From positions 992,001 through 1,056,000 of the forward strand of contig NC_043002.1 of the NCBI RefSeq assembly GCF_006345805.1: a stretch of 64,000 nucleotides of DNA, in the 5' to 3' direction. A program made the position numbers and the translations under genes. This DNA comes from Octopus sinensis. Taxonomy: Eukaryota. This document shows positions 36,960 through 50,169 of the stretch, piece after piece (positions within the stretch are counted from its first letter, which is position 1; the number at the start of each line of letters is the position of its first letter). A model generated the notes under the pieces. The model saw only the letters and a program-made list of their open reading frames with translations. It did no database searches and was not told the origin of the DNA.

Positions 36960-38198
36960 AGAGAGATGTGTCAGGGACAGCAAGGCCACGTTTATGCTTC
37001 AATATAAGGGGCTCTCTTCAATGTAGCAAATCACCTGTCATCTTGGTCCTTTTTCATCTTTGTTGTGAGGCTCAACATCTGGAGGTCAGTCTCCAGTCTC
37101 TTATCCCACGTCTTCCTCAGTCTTCCTCTTTCATAGATTCCAGTCACATTTTAGTGATCAATTCTTCTTTATGCAGCTCTCCTCATCCCCACACATCACC
37201 TGACCAAACCAGCAAAGTCTTCCTTCTTGTTCACTGCATTTAATGTTGTTTATGCCTAAGTTTTCTCTCAACACATTTACGCTTTGTTGCTTATGCACAC
37301 ACTGACGTTGCACACCCAGCAGAGCATGCTAGCTTTATTTCTGTCTAGTTTTAGCATAACCTCTGCATTTGTGACCCATGTCTCACCTCCATGTAGCATG
37401 GCTGTCCATACACAAGCATTTGCTTCTTTTCATTCTGGTTTTATTACCAACAAAAGTAATTGCTCTCCACACACTCTCTAGCCTTTATCTACTGCTTTCA
37501 GAGCATCCTCCTCCTCCTCCTCCTCTGCCAATTAGGTCACCAAGATAACAGAAACCATCTGCTGCTCCCAGGTCGTTGACCACTAGGTTTACCTCTCTCT
37601 TAACCTTCCTCTGGTTTTACTGCACTTCTTCAGGGTTCACAGTTTGCACTGGGTACATCACATGCAATTTCTACCCACATCTCTTCTACATGTTGAACAG
37701 GGCTATTTTTCTGGAGGGATTAGTGATTTGTCTATTTCCCTGCTTACTAAAATTTTGGTCTTTGTTAAGTTAACTTCAAAGCTCTTTGATCCCAGGTTTT
37801 CTTTCCACATCTGGAATATCTTTTCTAATTCTGCTGCAGATTCAGCTGTAAGAATGAGGCCATCGACATAGAGCAGCTCTCACAGGCAACTAGTTTTAAA
37901 TTCTTCTGCTATGGCCTAGAGAACTATAACATATAAGGTGTGGGGGGTACTGGGAAGTGAGCCCCCGTGAACTCCTGCCTGCACACTAAATCCACTTCTA
38001 TACTCATTGCTGACTTTCACTTTACTGACAGTGCTGTTGAACATGGCTTGGACAGTCACACCGGGCATTTATCTACCCCTAGTTTATGTAGTGACCACCA
38101 GATGAAAGAGGGGAGAAGGGATCCTATCAAAGGCTTTTTCCATATCAACAAATGTCAAGTAGGACTAAATATTTTTGGTTAAATATTTCTGCAGTTGT

Positions 38199-38255
<57 letters not shown>

Positions 38256-38820
38256 CAGTGGTGCTTCTCCTTGGCACAAAAATCAAATTGTATCTCATTC
38301 GAGTTATCTCTCTTCATAAATTAGTTGGGCTAATTAAGTAACTTCCATGACCTGCTCCAACAATTTCTTGTGATTAGTTCTGTCCATGTTAGGAAAACTC
38401 TGCTTCTCCCTTGCATTTTCCACATTTAATAGCTTTTCATAGTAACACCTCCATGCCTCTTTTTTTTTCTTGGAATCTCAAGGTGCAACCATACCATTAA
38501 CCACTTCTCTCTCTCAATATTTTCATTATCTCTCATGCATTGTCTTGCAATCTTATGCCTCTACTCCCTACACTGTAGAATATTGGCAAACTTCTTCCTT
38601 TCTGCTCCTTCCTAGATAGACTTGTCACCTAGTTTCCCTTCTCGCCACTTGGCTTTATTTCTCTGCTCCACCCATTCTTCCCATCTTCTCAAGCATGTCT
38701 CTTCATTTTTGTGGCTCAGTCTATTTTGCTGTTCTACCACCATGTCACCCTTGGTTTGGTTAGGACTTTGCCTAGCTACAGATTTGATCTGTTGCTCTCA
38801 ACAGGTTGTCCCAAAGTGAC
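36960..38820 (-). mobile_element. RTE-clade LINE RT region and 3' end, heavily degenerate, interrupted by (GA)n at about 38203-38252
   Basis: Minus-strand peptides with stops include TFVDMEKAFDRIP, GFSVQAGVH, ELLYVDGLILTAES (YADD-equivalent), VNLTKTKILV and PCSTCRRDVGRN. Confidence 0.85.
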
Positions 38821-38855
38821 TTCCATTTCTCCTTTTACATTCTATGTTGAAAGGA

Positions 38856-39070
38856 AGGCAGTGATCTGGCAGAAACGTTAGCATGCTGGGCGAAATGCTT
38901 AGCGGTATTTCATCTGTCTTTATGTTCTGAGTTGAAATTCCACCAAGGTTGACTGTGCCTTTCATTTCGAGGTCAATAAATTAAGTACCAGTTGTTTACA
39001 GGGGTTGATCTATTCGACTGCCCCCTCCCTCAAAATTTCGGGCCCTGTGCCTAGAGTAGAAAAGATTATA
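38856..39070 (+). mobile_element. tRNA-derived SINE, family A, full length
   Basis: AAGGCAGTGATCTGGCAGAAACGTTAGCATGCTGGGCGAAATGCTTAGCGGTATTTC...GAGTTGAAATTCC...AATTAAGTACCAGTT...CCTAGAGTAGAAAAGATTAT. Confidence 0.9.
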
Positions 39071-39489
39071 TGTTGAAAGGATTTACCTTTTTAATATGAA
39101 AACCTTCAGTATTTTCTGTTGAAGTGTTTATCTATGCATGCAGCAAGATATTCCTGTATGTTATAAGAAGTATTCAAAATAGTTTGTATCATGAAGGGTG
39201 TCCAAATGTTAAACAGTGCCTCAAAAAAAGGGGCCATCTCACCAGTGCCAGCATGGGAAAGTTGATACAAAAACATTGATGATGATATTTTAAATGTTAG
39301 AGAAACTGATGTACAGAAAAGTATGGCAGAGATGTCCATGCTTTTTAAAAACGGTCTTTTGGCTCCAGACAAATGCTATATAAATTTTAGTCAACTTATA
39401 GATCTGTTCTCTGTCTTGTTGAATCCATAAATATATAATTGGTAAACTGAAGCTGTTTCTTTGTAATTTTTATTTTCCAATCTTTGTAT

Positions 39490-39760
39490 TGAGGCACAAG
39501 TGTGGCTGTGTGGTAAAAAGCTTGCTTCTCAGCCATGAAGCTTCATAGTCATGGTTGATGCCAGTGTCATGTGACTGGCACCCATGCTGGTGGCACCCGT
39601 TACACTCTTGAATTAGCTGGCATTAGGAAGGGCATCAACCCGTAGAAACCCTGCCAAATCAGACTGGAACCTGGTGTAGCTCCTTGGCTTACCAGTTCCA
39701 GTGAAACCATCTAACCCTTCCCAGCATGGAAAGCAGATTCTAATTGACGATGATGATGAT
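39490..39760 (+). mobile_element. tRNA-derived SINE, family B, internally deleted
   Basis: The head GGCACAAGTGTGGCTGTGTGGTAAAAAGCTTGCTT is joined to the tail GGCATTAGGAAGGGCATC...CCAGCATGGAAAGC and (GAT)n. Confidence 0.82.
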
Positions 39761-39915
39761 TTGAATGGGATAGAAGGAAATAAGATCTTGTAATGATTCT
39801 GCCTGTCATTTCATTACTTAGCCTGTTGGTAATACTTTGGCATGATTAGAGAGAAAGAGCAAGAAAGAAGAGAGAGAGAGAGAGAGAGAGAAAGGATAAG
39901 GTGAAGAGTGAGGCA

Positions 39916-39956
<41 letters not shown>

Positions 39957-40239
39957 AGGATAAGGTGAAGAGTGAGGCAGAGGGAGAGAGAAAAGATGGA
40001 GTGACAAGCATCCATGGCATGTGGGAGACCGAACGTAATATTTATTATGTGGTTAAAAAAGTTAGTTGAAGGTAGGAATATAGAGGAGAGTTAGGAATAT
40101 AACTTTAGCAGAAGGGTGATGTTCTGATGGTGAGATTAAAGAAAGGTAGAGAGAGGAAGAGAGATGGTGGTGGTGGCAATGGTGAGTGCATAGGAAAAAG
40201 TAAAATTTTTTTAATTGAACCAAGTTTTTTATATCACCT

Positions 40240-40530
40240 GTCACTTTACACACATGCATCCCAAACTTGCCATTCACCTTAGAAAGAAACCAGTTTCCTG
40301 TTTGCCTGTCATATACAATGACTATCAATAAGTTACAAGGGCAGACATTTGATAAAGTGGGGCTGTTCTTGCCTGAACCTGTATTCGGCGATAGCCATCT
40401 ATATGTTGCATTCTCAAGGGCTCGCAAATTATCTGATGTGAGAGTTATAAAGTTATCAACACTGACAAACAAGGGAAAAGAAGAGGGAGAACTTGCACAA
40501 AGAACAGTTTGCAAAGAAGTATTGGATTGA
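40240..40530 (+). mobile_element. Helitron-type PIF1/RepHel helicase C-terminal fragment (pseudogenised)
   Basis: LPFTLERNQFPVCLSYTMTINKLQGQTFDKVGLFLPEPVFGDSHLYVAFSRAR matches the PIF1-family C-terminal motifs (RRQFP...AMTINKSQGQT...VFSHGQLYVALSR). It ends with TVCKEVLD*, like Helitron RepHel termini. Confidence 0.88.
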
Positions 40531-41822
40531 AAGGTGTACGCAAACTCAGATGTGTATTGGCTCTGACCCATCAATTTGGCTTATAAGTTACCTACGATGT
40601 GGTTTCCAGAGTATGCCATGTGGCATTAAATTTTTACCCCCATGAAATTATGACCCCCTATATTTTACATATAAAATAATTTTTTTACTCAAACCTTTTT
40701 TCTTGATATGAAATTGTGACCATGTAAATTTTAAAATGTAATTTTTTTCTGTTTATGGGAAAACTGGTAAAATAAGAGTGAATATTTATTTTATGATTGC
40801 TGTGTATTAAGTCTATAGAATTGTGCATAAAGTATATAAAGTGTATTAAATAATCGTCTCATTCCAATTTCCTTCACTTTTCAATGAGTGGCAGATGAGT
40901 GACTATCTTTTCATACAGACACAACACAGGCTACGCTTTCAGGGTTTTTTGGATAAAGTTTTCAAAAATAACCCAATGGGTTTAATTCCATGAAATATTC
41001 ATGGGTTTTGCCAGTTAATATTAATTTTCAAAATATCATTAAAATAATTAGAGCATATGTACAGTTCTGCAGTAATTACTTGATAAAATTCTTTTTGCTG
41101 TTCTTTGACTTCACCTAAAAAGTTTTTGATTTTTAATGTAAGAATCAACTGGAAATAAATTCCATCAAATATATTCAATTTAAATTGGATTAGCTTTAAA
41201 GACCAAACTTTGTTAATCATTACAATAAATTTGTAAATTGGCTTTTATAGTATAGTATCTACATCATTATCATTACTACTAATTATTATTATTGTTGTGT
41301 TGTTGTTGTACATTGCCCTACTTGCTGTTTGGTTGATCAGAGATCTTTTGGGTGTTTGTCGTTGGGGAATTGGGCTAATCACACTTTTGTTGAGAAGTAA
41401 ACATTTAGCCATAAATCTTGATTTTTATCCAAAAAATAAAAGGCAAAGGTCAAGGCCGGGCTTGGCTGTAGATGGCCATTTTGTACCTATTGACAATTCA
41501 AGAGTGGATTTTAGTGTCTTTTACAGGGTTAAGTTAAAGACTTGGAAACCTAAACAGAGTTTGAAAATGCAATCATTAATAAGGAGTAACACGTGTTAAT
41601 AGCCAACAATATGTTACTATATTAACTTAATCAATCATTGTTAGTGGCTTTGTTAATGTTTACGGGTTTTGGTTATTGGCAGTGCATTCCTTCTGTATTC
41701 TAATCATTAGAATCTAATGCCACCTGCTGGAAGGTTCTGTTCAAAATTCAGTGCAAAGGAATAGTTTTTAGTGAACCTGGTGAGGCTGTTTGATTTTTTT
41801 TTAAATATGTGAATGTTTTGTT

Positions 41823-42839
41823 TTATTACCTCCACCTTAGCGAAGGTGGAAATATTGTTTCTACCCATGTTTGTTTGTCCATGGTCAAGATATCTCAAGA
41901 ACTGCCGAATGGATTTGGATGAAACCTTCAGGGGTGTTTGGCCTCGTGACTGGCACAAACTGATTAGATTTTGAGATCAGTCTGGTACCGGACAAGAATT
42001 CTGGATTATTTACTTTATATGATTATTGGTCTTATGTTCACTTTCAAGTCTTTCTCTGATTATCTCCCTTGAAAGCATGCTCATCGTTTCCATGTAAGAT
42101 ATGGTGGCGTTGCTGTTTTCAAAGTTTTATTTTTGTTTCTCTATTATTCATTTTACTCACGTCTCTATCTTAGTAGAAACTGGAGGATAAAGAAATCAAA
42201 CGGTTGCAAAACCGTTCAGAAATAAAATAACACTAACATATTCAGTAACAATAATAGACTTAATTTATCCTCAACAATTTTTAGTTTTGCCAATTTTGAA
42301 TATATCGCTCCTGTTTAAAACCTCTTACCTGCTTGACAATCGCATTTCTAGCTCTGCCTTGAAGGAAGCCTTACTTCTTAGACTCGCGTTTTTCTGTGCA
42401 ATGATGTTGTTCAACCTCCGCTAACAGCACCTTTCCACTTTCATTCATGCATAAATTTTTCACTATAGACTTTAATGGTTGTAACGACATTATATTAGTG
42501 GATAGACTAAAAAAAGGCCTTCACAGAGAAAACTGTCCCTGTTCCCACTGCAGATGACACACACTCACCGTTACAAACATGGCCTGCACACCCACCTTCA
42601 CATTCCCTGACTACCATTAGGATTGATCAGGTACCGGACAACGATTCTGGCATATTTTTCCATTTTTTTTTTTAATTCATTTTTGAGAACGGTCAGATTC
42701 ATTTTTAGTATTCTTGTTTGTGAGAGCAGTCAATTTTATTTCAGATATTCTCATTTTAATTATCATTTCCGGCTAATCGTTGCGAGGACATTGGTGTTGC
42801 CTTGGCAGAGGTTTGCGCTCTCTGAGTGCCCTCGTTTAG
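41823..42839 (+). mobile_element. Non-autonomous Helentron/HINE-like element
   Basis: The 5' end TTATTACCTCCACCTTAGCGAAGGTGGA contains an 8-bp hairpin and is followed by GTTTGTTTGTC. The 3' end CCTTGGCAGAGGT (inverted match to ACCTC..C) is followed by the hairpin GCGCTC-TCT-GAGTGC. GGTACCGGACAA is duplicated internally (about 41984 and 42630). Confidence 0.65.
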
Positions 42840-45146
42840 ACTTGATTTCACACTTATCAGCAGTTTTATTAGTTTCTCTTCTAGACTAAAGAATGTTTTT
42901 CTCCCTTTTGATTAGGATTCTAATTTGGAAATATTCACATGATACAATTCACTTGCAACATGCCATTAATTATTTAGTCATATCTTATTGACAATTTTAT
43001 TTTATCAAACTGTCTCTTGTCCAACTTCTTGTTAGGTTGCAATAATGAGAAAACATCTATTAATTTAATTCTATGTTTCAAGTTGAAAACTTTTCTTTTT
43101 CTCTGCAAAAAGTCTTTAAGTCAATCCTCTTCTCTGCTCACTTAACATCCCCCCCCTCTATCTCAAGTGTTAGCTTATCAGAGTCAAATGGTTTTATTTT
43201 AAATTGCCATAAAAATGATAATTTTTTTCTCTCTGGCTTCTTAATCTGTTTTTATGTTAGTATCATTATCTTTTATTAGTTTCCTTTGAACTCAGCAGCA
43301 ACAGTTTTAGAATACACTTCACTTTATTAGAAAATCTAATTATTGCTTTAAGTATTTTAATATAATCTAGAATATACCCAAACAAATCAAAATAGGTAAA
43401 TACAAAGTTTTCATTACTATTTAGTATTTTGCAAAGCTTTTCAAACAAGTTTATTAAAATCTGATTCTTAAACTTTCAATCTATTCAGCAGGAGTAATAT
43501 GGAGAGCAACTTTCAATATATTTGACTTTTGTTAACATGTGCTCTATCATTTATTTAATTACATCTGGTCTTAGTCAAAAAGTATTTTAAATTGAACTAT
43601 TTTCACATCAAATAAATGTTTTGTCATGGCTGTTCTTTGCTTTTTCTCACAATTTATTCTATTTGCATAGTTTGAGAAGTTTTCTGTTGTCTTAATATCT
43701 TCTGCTTCTGCTCTGACCCCTTCCTACAGAAACTGATTGAATAGTGAAATTCAACTTGTCCTGTCTTTTTCAATTACATTAAACTATATATTTTTTTAGA
43801 TGCATCAAACATTTCTTTTGAATTGGTACCAGAGAGAAGTTAATTGTATTTCTTGTTCGAATTATTTCCTGGCAATGAAAGCAAGTTAACTGTTACCACT
43901 TTTGCCTCTTCACATTATTATTATTATTTATTCAAAAGAAAACTTTCCTGTTGACACAGATTATTTTCAAATATTCGGAATTCAAGTCTTTGTACTTTAC
44001 TCAAACTTCATATATACTGAAAGAAAAGAAATATTCAGCATTTTAATTCCACATCTTAACAGATTATTGCAGTGAATGTCACTGTTTAGCCTTTAATCAT
44101 TTTGGTTATTTGCAGTTACGAGTATTAATACTTCACTCAGCATAAGAAATTGGTTTGTGGCAGATTGGAGATCCATCTGGCATAGCTGGCTTTATTTTAA
44201 AATTTCATCTTATTTTAACCCATTTCAAGTAATTAGATTAATCTTTCATAGTTTTAATTACTCATGTAATTTGCAAAGTAATGGCAATGCACCAGCATGG
44301 CCACAGTCCTTAGACTGAAACTTAAAGCAAAAAAACAAATGTTTTCTGTTTTATACCAGTAAATATTTCTTGACCTTCAATGAGTTTGGTCAGAATAGAA
44401 CCAATGGCAGAAGATCAGAGACACTAAGTAGGTCAGTCTTTTGTAAGAAATGGAATACTTCTAAAAGAGATGCTTTGGTGTTTAAAGAAATTTCACAGCA
44501 ATTAAAACCTGGTAACTTGAAGGAAGTGGTCCTTCAACAGATCTTGCCAAACCCATTTATGTCCAGTTCACATAGCTTATTTATGGTTTTAGAGGAAGAA
44601 TATAGATCCAAACATTACTTCTGTAACAGGCTGATGAAACTTTACTCAACCTGTGTCGATTGGGACTGCCATCTGTACAAACTACACTGGCAGTTTTTTT
44701 GCTAAAGGTTCTGCTTGTAGGAAATTTTGCCATTATCATTTTTGTTGTAGGGAAATTCGCTGTGAAAAAAATATACTGACAAAAAAAAAAAGGCTGTTTT
44801 CTTAAAATTGCAACTTCCTCAATTAATCTACCAATTAGAGAAAGATAATTTCTTTAAAATGAGTTCTCTAGTTTATAGTCTGCTTATGTGCCTCGTTTAG
44901 GGAAAATTTGCTGTAGGAAATTTTACCCTGGCAAGAATGTTTGTGGTGAATTTTCTGGACATAAAAAAAGTTATCAGAACTTGTTTTAAATTTTTTTTTC
45001 TGCTGTTCTGGAGTATAACTTGGTGGCCGTTGTTACTACAATCAACATTTTTTATTATTTAATTGATGTTGGAAATAAATTTTACTTTATTAATTGTAGA
45101 ATTGTACTTACAATATTCCTTATTTTCTATTTTTGTTTCTTTACAG

Positions 45147-45269
45147 GGTCACAGTCGAATGGTTTGTTCCGTAACCTGGGCTGAAGAAAGCTCTTTGTGC
45201 CACCTCTTCTCATGTGGATTTGATCGTCAAGTTTTGGGCTGGCAAATAAATGTTGCTGCTAAGGAATAG
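45147..45269 (+). CDS. WDR37: WD repeat-containing protein 37, terminal coding exon (last 40 aa plus stop)
   Basis: A polypyrimidine tract and acceptor (TTTTTGTTTCTTTACAG, ending 45146) precede, in phase 0, GHSRMVCSVTWAEESSLCHLFSCGFDRQVLGWQINVAAKE-TAG. This aligns with the human WDR37 C-terminus as I recall it ([43 protein letters not shown]). Confidence 0.92.
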   Translation, partial: GHSRMVCSVTWAEESSLCHLFSCGFDRQVLGWQINVAAKE

Positions 45270-48200
45270 TAAGAATATATTTGTAAAAGAGTATTTCTGT
45301 CACCTGAAATATGCAGTCATTGAAGATATATCTAAGACATTTATTAGAATGTATTTCCTTTTTTAGTTTGTTTTCAAAGAATTTGTCCATCAGTTGTTTC
45401 GGGTAAGAACTTGCCTCTTCACATATTTGGTAAAGCTTGGCTGTCTTTCATTGGATGCTTATTTGTCTGGTAAGGCAAGTCTAACATTAAAGCTATGGAG
45501 TTCAACAGCTCAATCAACTCGCTATGCTATTAAATTAACCATACAGACAGACAGATGCATATGCCCACACATACACACAGTCTTTTAATGCTTTCAATCT
45601 TTGACCATACTGGAGCACTCCTTTAAAAGGTATTGTTGATGATATTGACATGAACTAACTTTATTGATCTTTGGTTTTGAACAACTAATATATATAGATA
45701 TATATATATGTGGGTGTGTATTTGCATTAATTTTATATAAATATACACACACACACACACAGATATGAATACATAGGGGATTACCCCCGAAGTGTATACA
45801 TACATTGAATGACTATAAAGTCAGTGTTTATTAAAATGCATTTCATTTTCAAAACTTAATAGAATCTAGAGATGATTTAACTTTTTTATGAATGACCATT
45901 CTGTTCCACTTCTGATAATGTGGAGCAAATGGAATTGCAAACCTCAAGAAATATTTCGTTTGGTATTTGTGTGCATTCTCATTCAATGAATGAGTTCATT
46001 GACTGTCACTGCTTTTGTACCATAAACTTTGTCCTTTAGTAACCCCATAAAAAAAAAAAGTTCTTCCAGAATGTTCCTTGTGGACATTATGAACAGTTCC
46101 ATCTACTTCAAACTTATCTCTAATTCAAATGATAGTAAAGTCGCATAGGTTTGAAACCCGTTTGAAACTCCTTTCTGTCTTTGCACTTTCACTGCATTTT
46201 CAAACCTTCATTAGCACCTGAGAGTAAATTTTCCTCTTTTCATTAGTTCTAATGAGTTAAATTGAAAAAAGAAATGAAAATTGAGTTATTAGCTGTTAAA
46301 GTGTGTACACAGTTTGTTTTGGGCACCCTCTGTATGTATATTTGTATATGGAGTTGAAATTACAATATTATGCAAAAAGAAGGAAAAAAAAAATCTAGCA
46401 GCTTATAGATATTTCTGTATTATCAGTTAGAAACGTCTCCCCCCCCCGGCTGATAATACATTTATCGCTTCCACTAGGAATTCATCTGCAATGTAATTCT
46501 TAATAGTTAGAACAAAGTAATAAAAATCAGCCTATGTACCAGCGAGAATTATTCCGAACACTAGCAGAAGAGTTCCTCATTCAACAGATGGCCATGTTGA
46601 GAAAGTATATTGCTGTAATCAATGTGGAATATAAACTGCTTGCTTGGTCAGTGGCAAGATCTCAAATGGGTTTTTTGCATTGCTATAATGTTCTCTCTCT
46701 CTCTCTATATATATATCTATATATATAAACAAAACTGAACACATATACATGAGATGTGTGTGTTGTTAATTCGTTGGGTGGCTGTGGTTTTTTTTTTTAG
46801 GCATAAGAGAATTTATTCTCAATGTCGTTGGTGTAAAAACAGCTGAAAGCAAGTCACAAAAAAGGTGGTTTTACACTAAAGGTATTGAGACTATTTTCCC
46901 TTACACTTAAAAAATGCAGCCACCCAACAAACAATACACACACACCTTGTGTAGGTGTGTGTTTGACTTTGTTTACATACCTTGAGTGGCTTCTAATTAA
47001 TATTTGAAAAAATATATATATAAAAAATCATTACCATTTAACACTTTTTTTCTGTGATGGCACTGGTTGATGCCTGCTTTGGTTTGGTTTTCTACCTAAT
47101 GCCTGGCATTAGTGAGGTCTCCAGGTAACTCACAAGTCCCACAACCTTGCAGGTTATAATATTGAAGGAGATGGCTTTATGCTCAGGTGATGAATGGTTA
47201 AAGTATGATGGAAAGGTAAGAACAGGTGCTTTGCTGTAAGGGAAGATGTACATGATTCTCTAGTTTGTAAAGAGAGAAGTGTTGCAGATTTATATCACCC
47301 TAGGTATGTATAGGGGGAGAGAGAGAGGTAAAAAGGGTGAGATAGACAGAGAGAGAAGTAGTAAAGACATTAAACCTAAAATAGAAGAGAAAAAACAGTG
47401 TTCAATGAAACTAGTCTTTGGTGAATGCTTTAGAGGAAGGACTGACAGAGGGAGTTTTTATGAGTCAATGGTCCTTCAAGAATAAGAATGCAAAAAGAGA
47501 ATCAAAAATTTAAGAAATTTATTTTTGTGTTTTATTATTATAGGCAAGTTTTTTGAAAATATCTTTGAAATAAAGAACTTAAAATTTGCTGGTGTATTAG
47601 AGACAGCCAGAGATTGACCTGGATAGGAATGGTAAACTTTCTCTCCAAAATAATGAGCTAGAGTTTCAAGTATTTTTGATGAAATCATATCAACCACTGG
47701 AGTTGCTTTTAAATGTATATTTTTAATTTTTTTTTACCGTAATTTGTGTTTGAAACCCTTTGCTATCATGTGATAGATAATGGTCCATATTTTCATCCAA
47801 TGTGGAAAAGAATAAAAATTAGTTTATGGAAGTAATGATGGAAGTACTTTTAGTGCACTTTTTACACATTATAGGACTGTCAACATGAAATAAATTATGT
47901 TGAAGGGTGACAGCAAAAGCTATATACAAAATATTCGTAATTAATCAAAATTTAATAGGAGAAAGTAAACGAAAACCTAGCAGTAGTTGTGAATATCCAA
48001 GAAACAATGGAGGTAATTGGAAGAGATCAATTCATCTCCCAAAGTTGCATGTTTAGTGAGTGGTGACCCTTATTTGTAGGCAAGGGTCATAATTTTTGAC
48101 ATGTTTCAGTCTAATTAGATTCCATCAGCAGTCTCACCAAGGCTGCTGAGTAGTTCATAAAGATTTTTACAAAAAGAAAAACAAGAAGAATTTTGGACCA

Positions 48201-49769
48201 ATAATTAAAAAGAAAAATGGGCGAAGAGAAATAATTCAAATAGTAAATGAATTTGGTGAATTAAATTAGGGGCTGAAATACGGAATGTTGCACTAGAATC
48301 CCATCCACTTTAATTAAAGAAAGGAAACGAAGTTTGGAGCAGAGGAAATTGAAAAAACTAGAAGTCAATCAAATGTTTGGAATAAATGTCAGTTTATTCC
48401 AACCATATTAACCATTCCAGCAATATCAGCAGCAACTACTACAAAAACAAATAATAATGATAAATACCAGTAATAACCAATTTCAGAAATAACATGAAAA
48501 GTGGCAAACCCTGGGAGGAAGACCGTCAGCGTCCAGATTAAATATAAACAAAACAGTAGCAGCATGCCTTAACAACAAACTTCACCATAGCAACGACTAT
48601 AAATTTAATAAATACAAAAATCAACGAAGTTATGCCAAGATTTTCTTTAGACTATAAACAAAACCGAAATGAAGTATTACACCCCCCACCCACCACCAAC
48701 AACTTCACCGTAGCAGATGGAGATCAGTTCCAGGCACCGATCTCCATTTGCATCGATGGAGTTGGCTGATATTTGCAACTGTATTTTGAAATGCTATTTC
48801 CCAGCTATCAAGTGCTTCTCTGTTGTTATATCATTGAATAAATTAAACAGTTTCATGGCTTCATGTTTTGTATTGAATATTGTTCATCAGAAGACTGCTT
48901 AACGAGCTCAGTTTTATTTTTGTGTGTATGGTGGGTAAGTGAATGTGAATATGCATGTGTGTGTATTGGAGACAGTATTCTCAATCATTTGGACAGCCAT
49001 GGTAGGAAATAGTTTTGATGATAGATAAACATCATCAAACAAAGTTAGAGTTTGTTGCTCCTTGGTGTTTGCAGAACTGCTATGGTAAGACATTAAAACA
49101 GAAACGGTCAGTCCCTGGCATTGCTAGAACTGCTCGGAGGTCGAACTAAAACAGAAACAGTTCTCTCTGGATTTGCTAAAACTTTTATGGTAAGCAATTA
49201 AACTTTTATGGTAAGCAATTAAAAAGTTCGTTTTCGGCAGAAATCCTATAAGGTACCAGAACAGAAAGTGTCCGTCTCTAGTATTCTATTATGATAGACA
49301 ACTAAGACACTGCCTCTTGTATATTATTGTTTAAACTTTGGGGGGTAATAAATCAACTGGAGTTGTTAGACTCTGGGATGTTGAGAACAGTTATGATAAC
49401 TAAAACTTAAGCATTTTTTTTTTGCATTGCTACAACAGTTATGCTAAGAAAATAGTTTTCTGTTGCATTGTTAGAACTTAGAAGCAACGACAAAAGAGAG
49501 AATTTGTCACTGGCAAAGCTAGAAATGTTACTCTAACCGACTAAAGCAGCAACTGTTAGTCTCTGAGTTGTGCATCTTAGTATCTCTTGCAATGCCAACT
49601 CGGATAACATTTGGCTAAAAAGTTGTTAATTCTGGGTTAAACAACTAGATTTTCAAAAATTAAACTGGATTGCATGTGCAATAATGGACCTAAGATTGTG
49701 CTTATATTTCAATTAAGAAATGTCTTGTAGCAGAGATGATTTTCTCTTATTCGAGCGTGGAAATAATAT

Positions 49770-50045
49770 TTGAGCGTGGTCGTTGCCGGACTGGCTCCCG
49801 TGCAGGTAGCACGTAAAAAGATACCTTTTGTGCGTGGTCATTGCCAGTACCGCCTGACTGGCCCTCGTGCCAGTGGCACGTAAAAGCACCCACTACACTC
49901 TTGGAGTGGTTGGTATTAGGAAGGGCCTCCAGCTGTAGAAACTTTGCCAGGTGAGATTGGAGACTGGTGCAGCCTTCTGGCTTGCCAGTCGTCAGTCAAA
50001 TCGTCCAACCCATGCCAGCATAGATAACAGATGTTAAATGACGAA
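49770..50045 (+). mobile_element. SINE/RTE-tail repeat
   Basis: GTGGCACGTAAAAGCACCCACTACACTCTTGGAGTGGTTGGTATTAGGAAGGGC...CGTCCAACCCATGCCAGCAT...GTTAAATGACG. Confidence 0.88.
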
Positions 50046-50169
50046 AGGAGTGGTATGCAAAGAAAGAGATGCTGTGCACTTGGCAAATCTACTTTCATCA
50101 TTCTTGAGTTATGTGGTTCAAAAGAGTGATCAATGATGTATTTGGTCTTCTTAAGCATCATCAATCAAC

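Noticed and set aside
38856-38945. A-box/B-box sequences as tRNA genes (also at other SINE heads)
   Set aside because: No cloverleaf could be folded by eye, and all continue into SINE bodies and tails.
44370-44705. 111-aa ORF just upstream of the WDR37 exon
   Set aside because: It has a non-ATG start, no recognisable domain and no WDR37 similarity; the length is compatible with chance.
45063-45146. 5' part of the ORF-track ORF 45063-45269 as coding
   Set aside because: It is the polypyrimidine tract of the intron; homology starts exactly after the AG at 45146.
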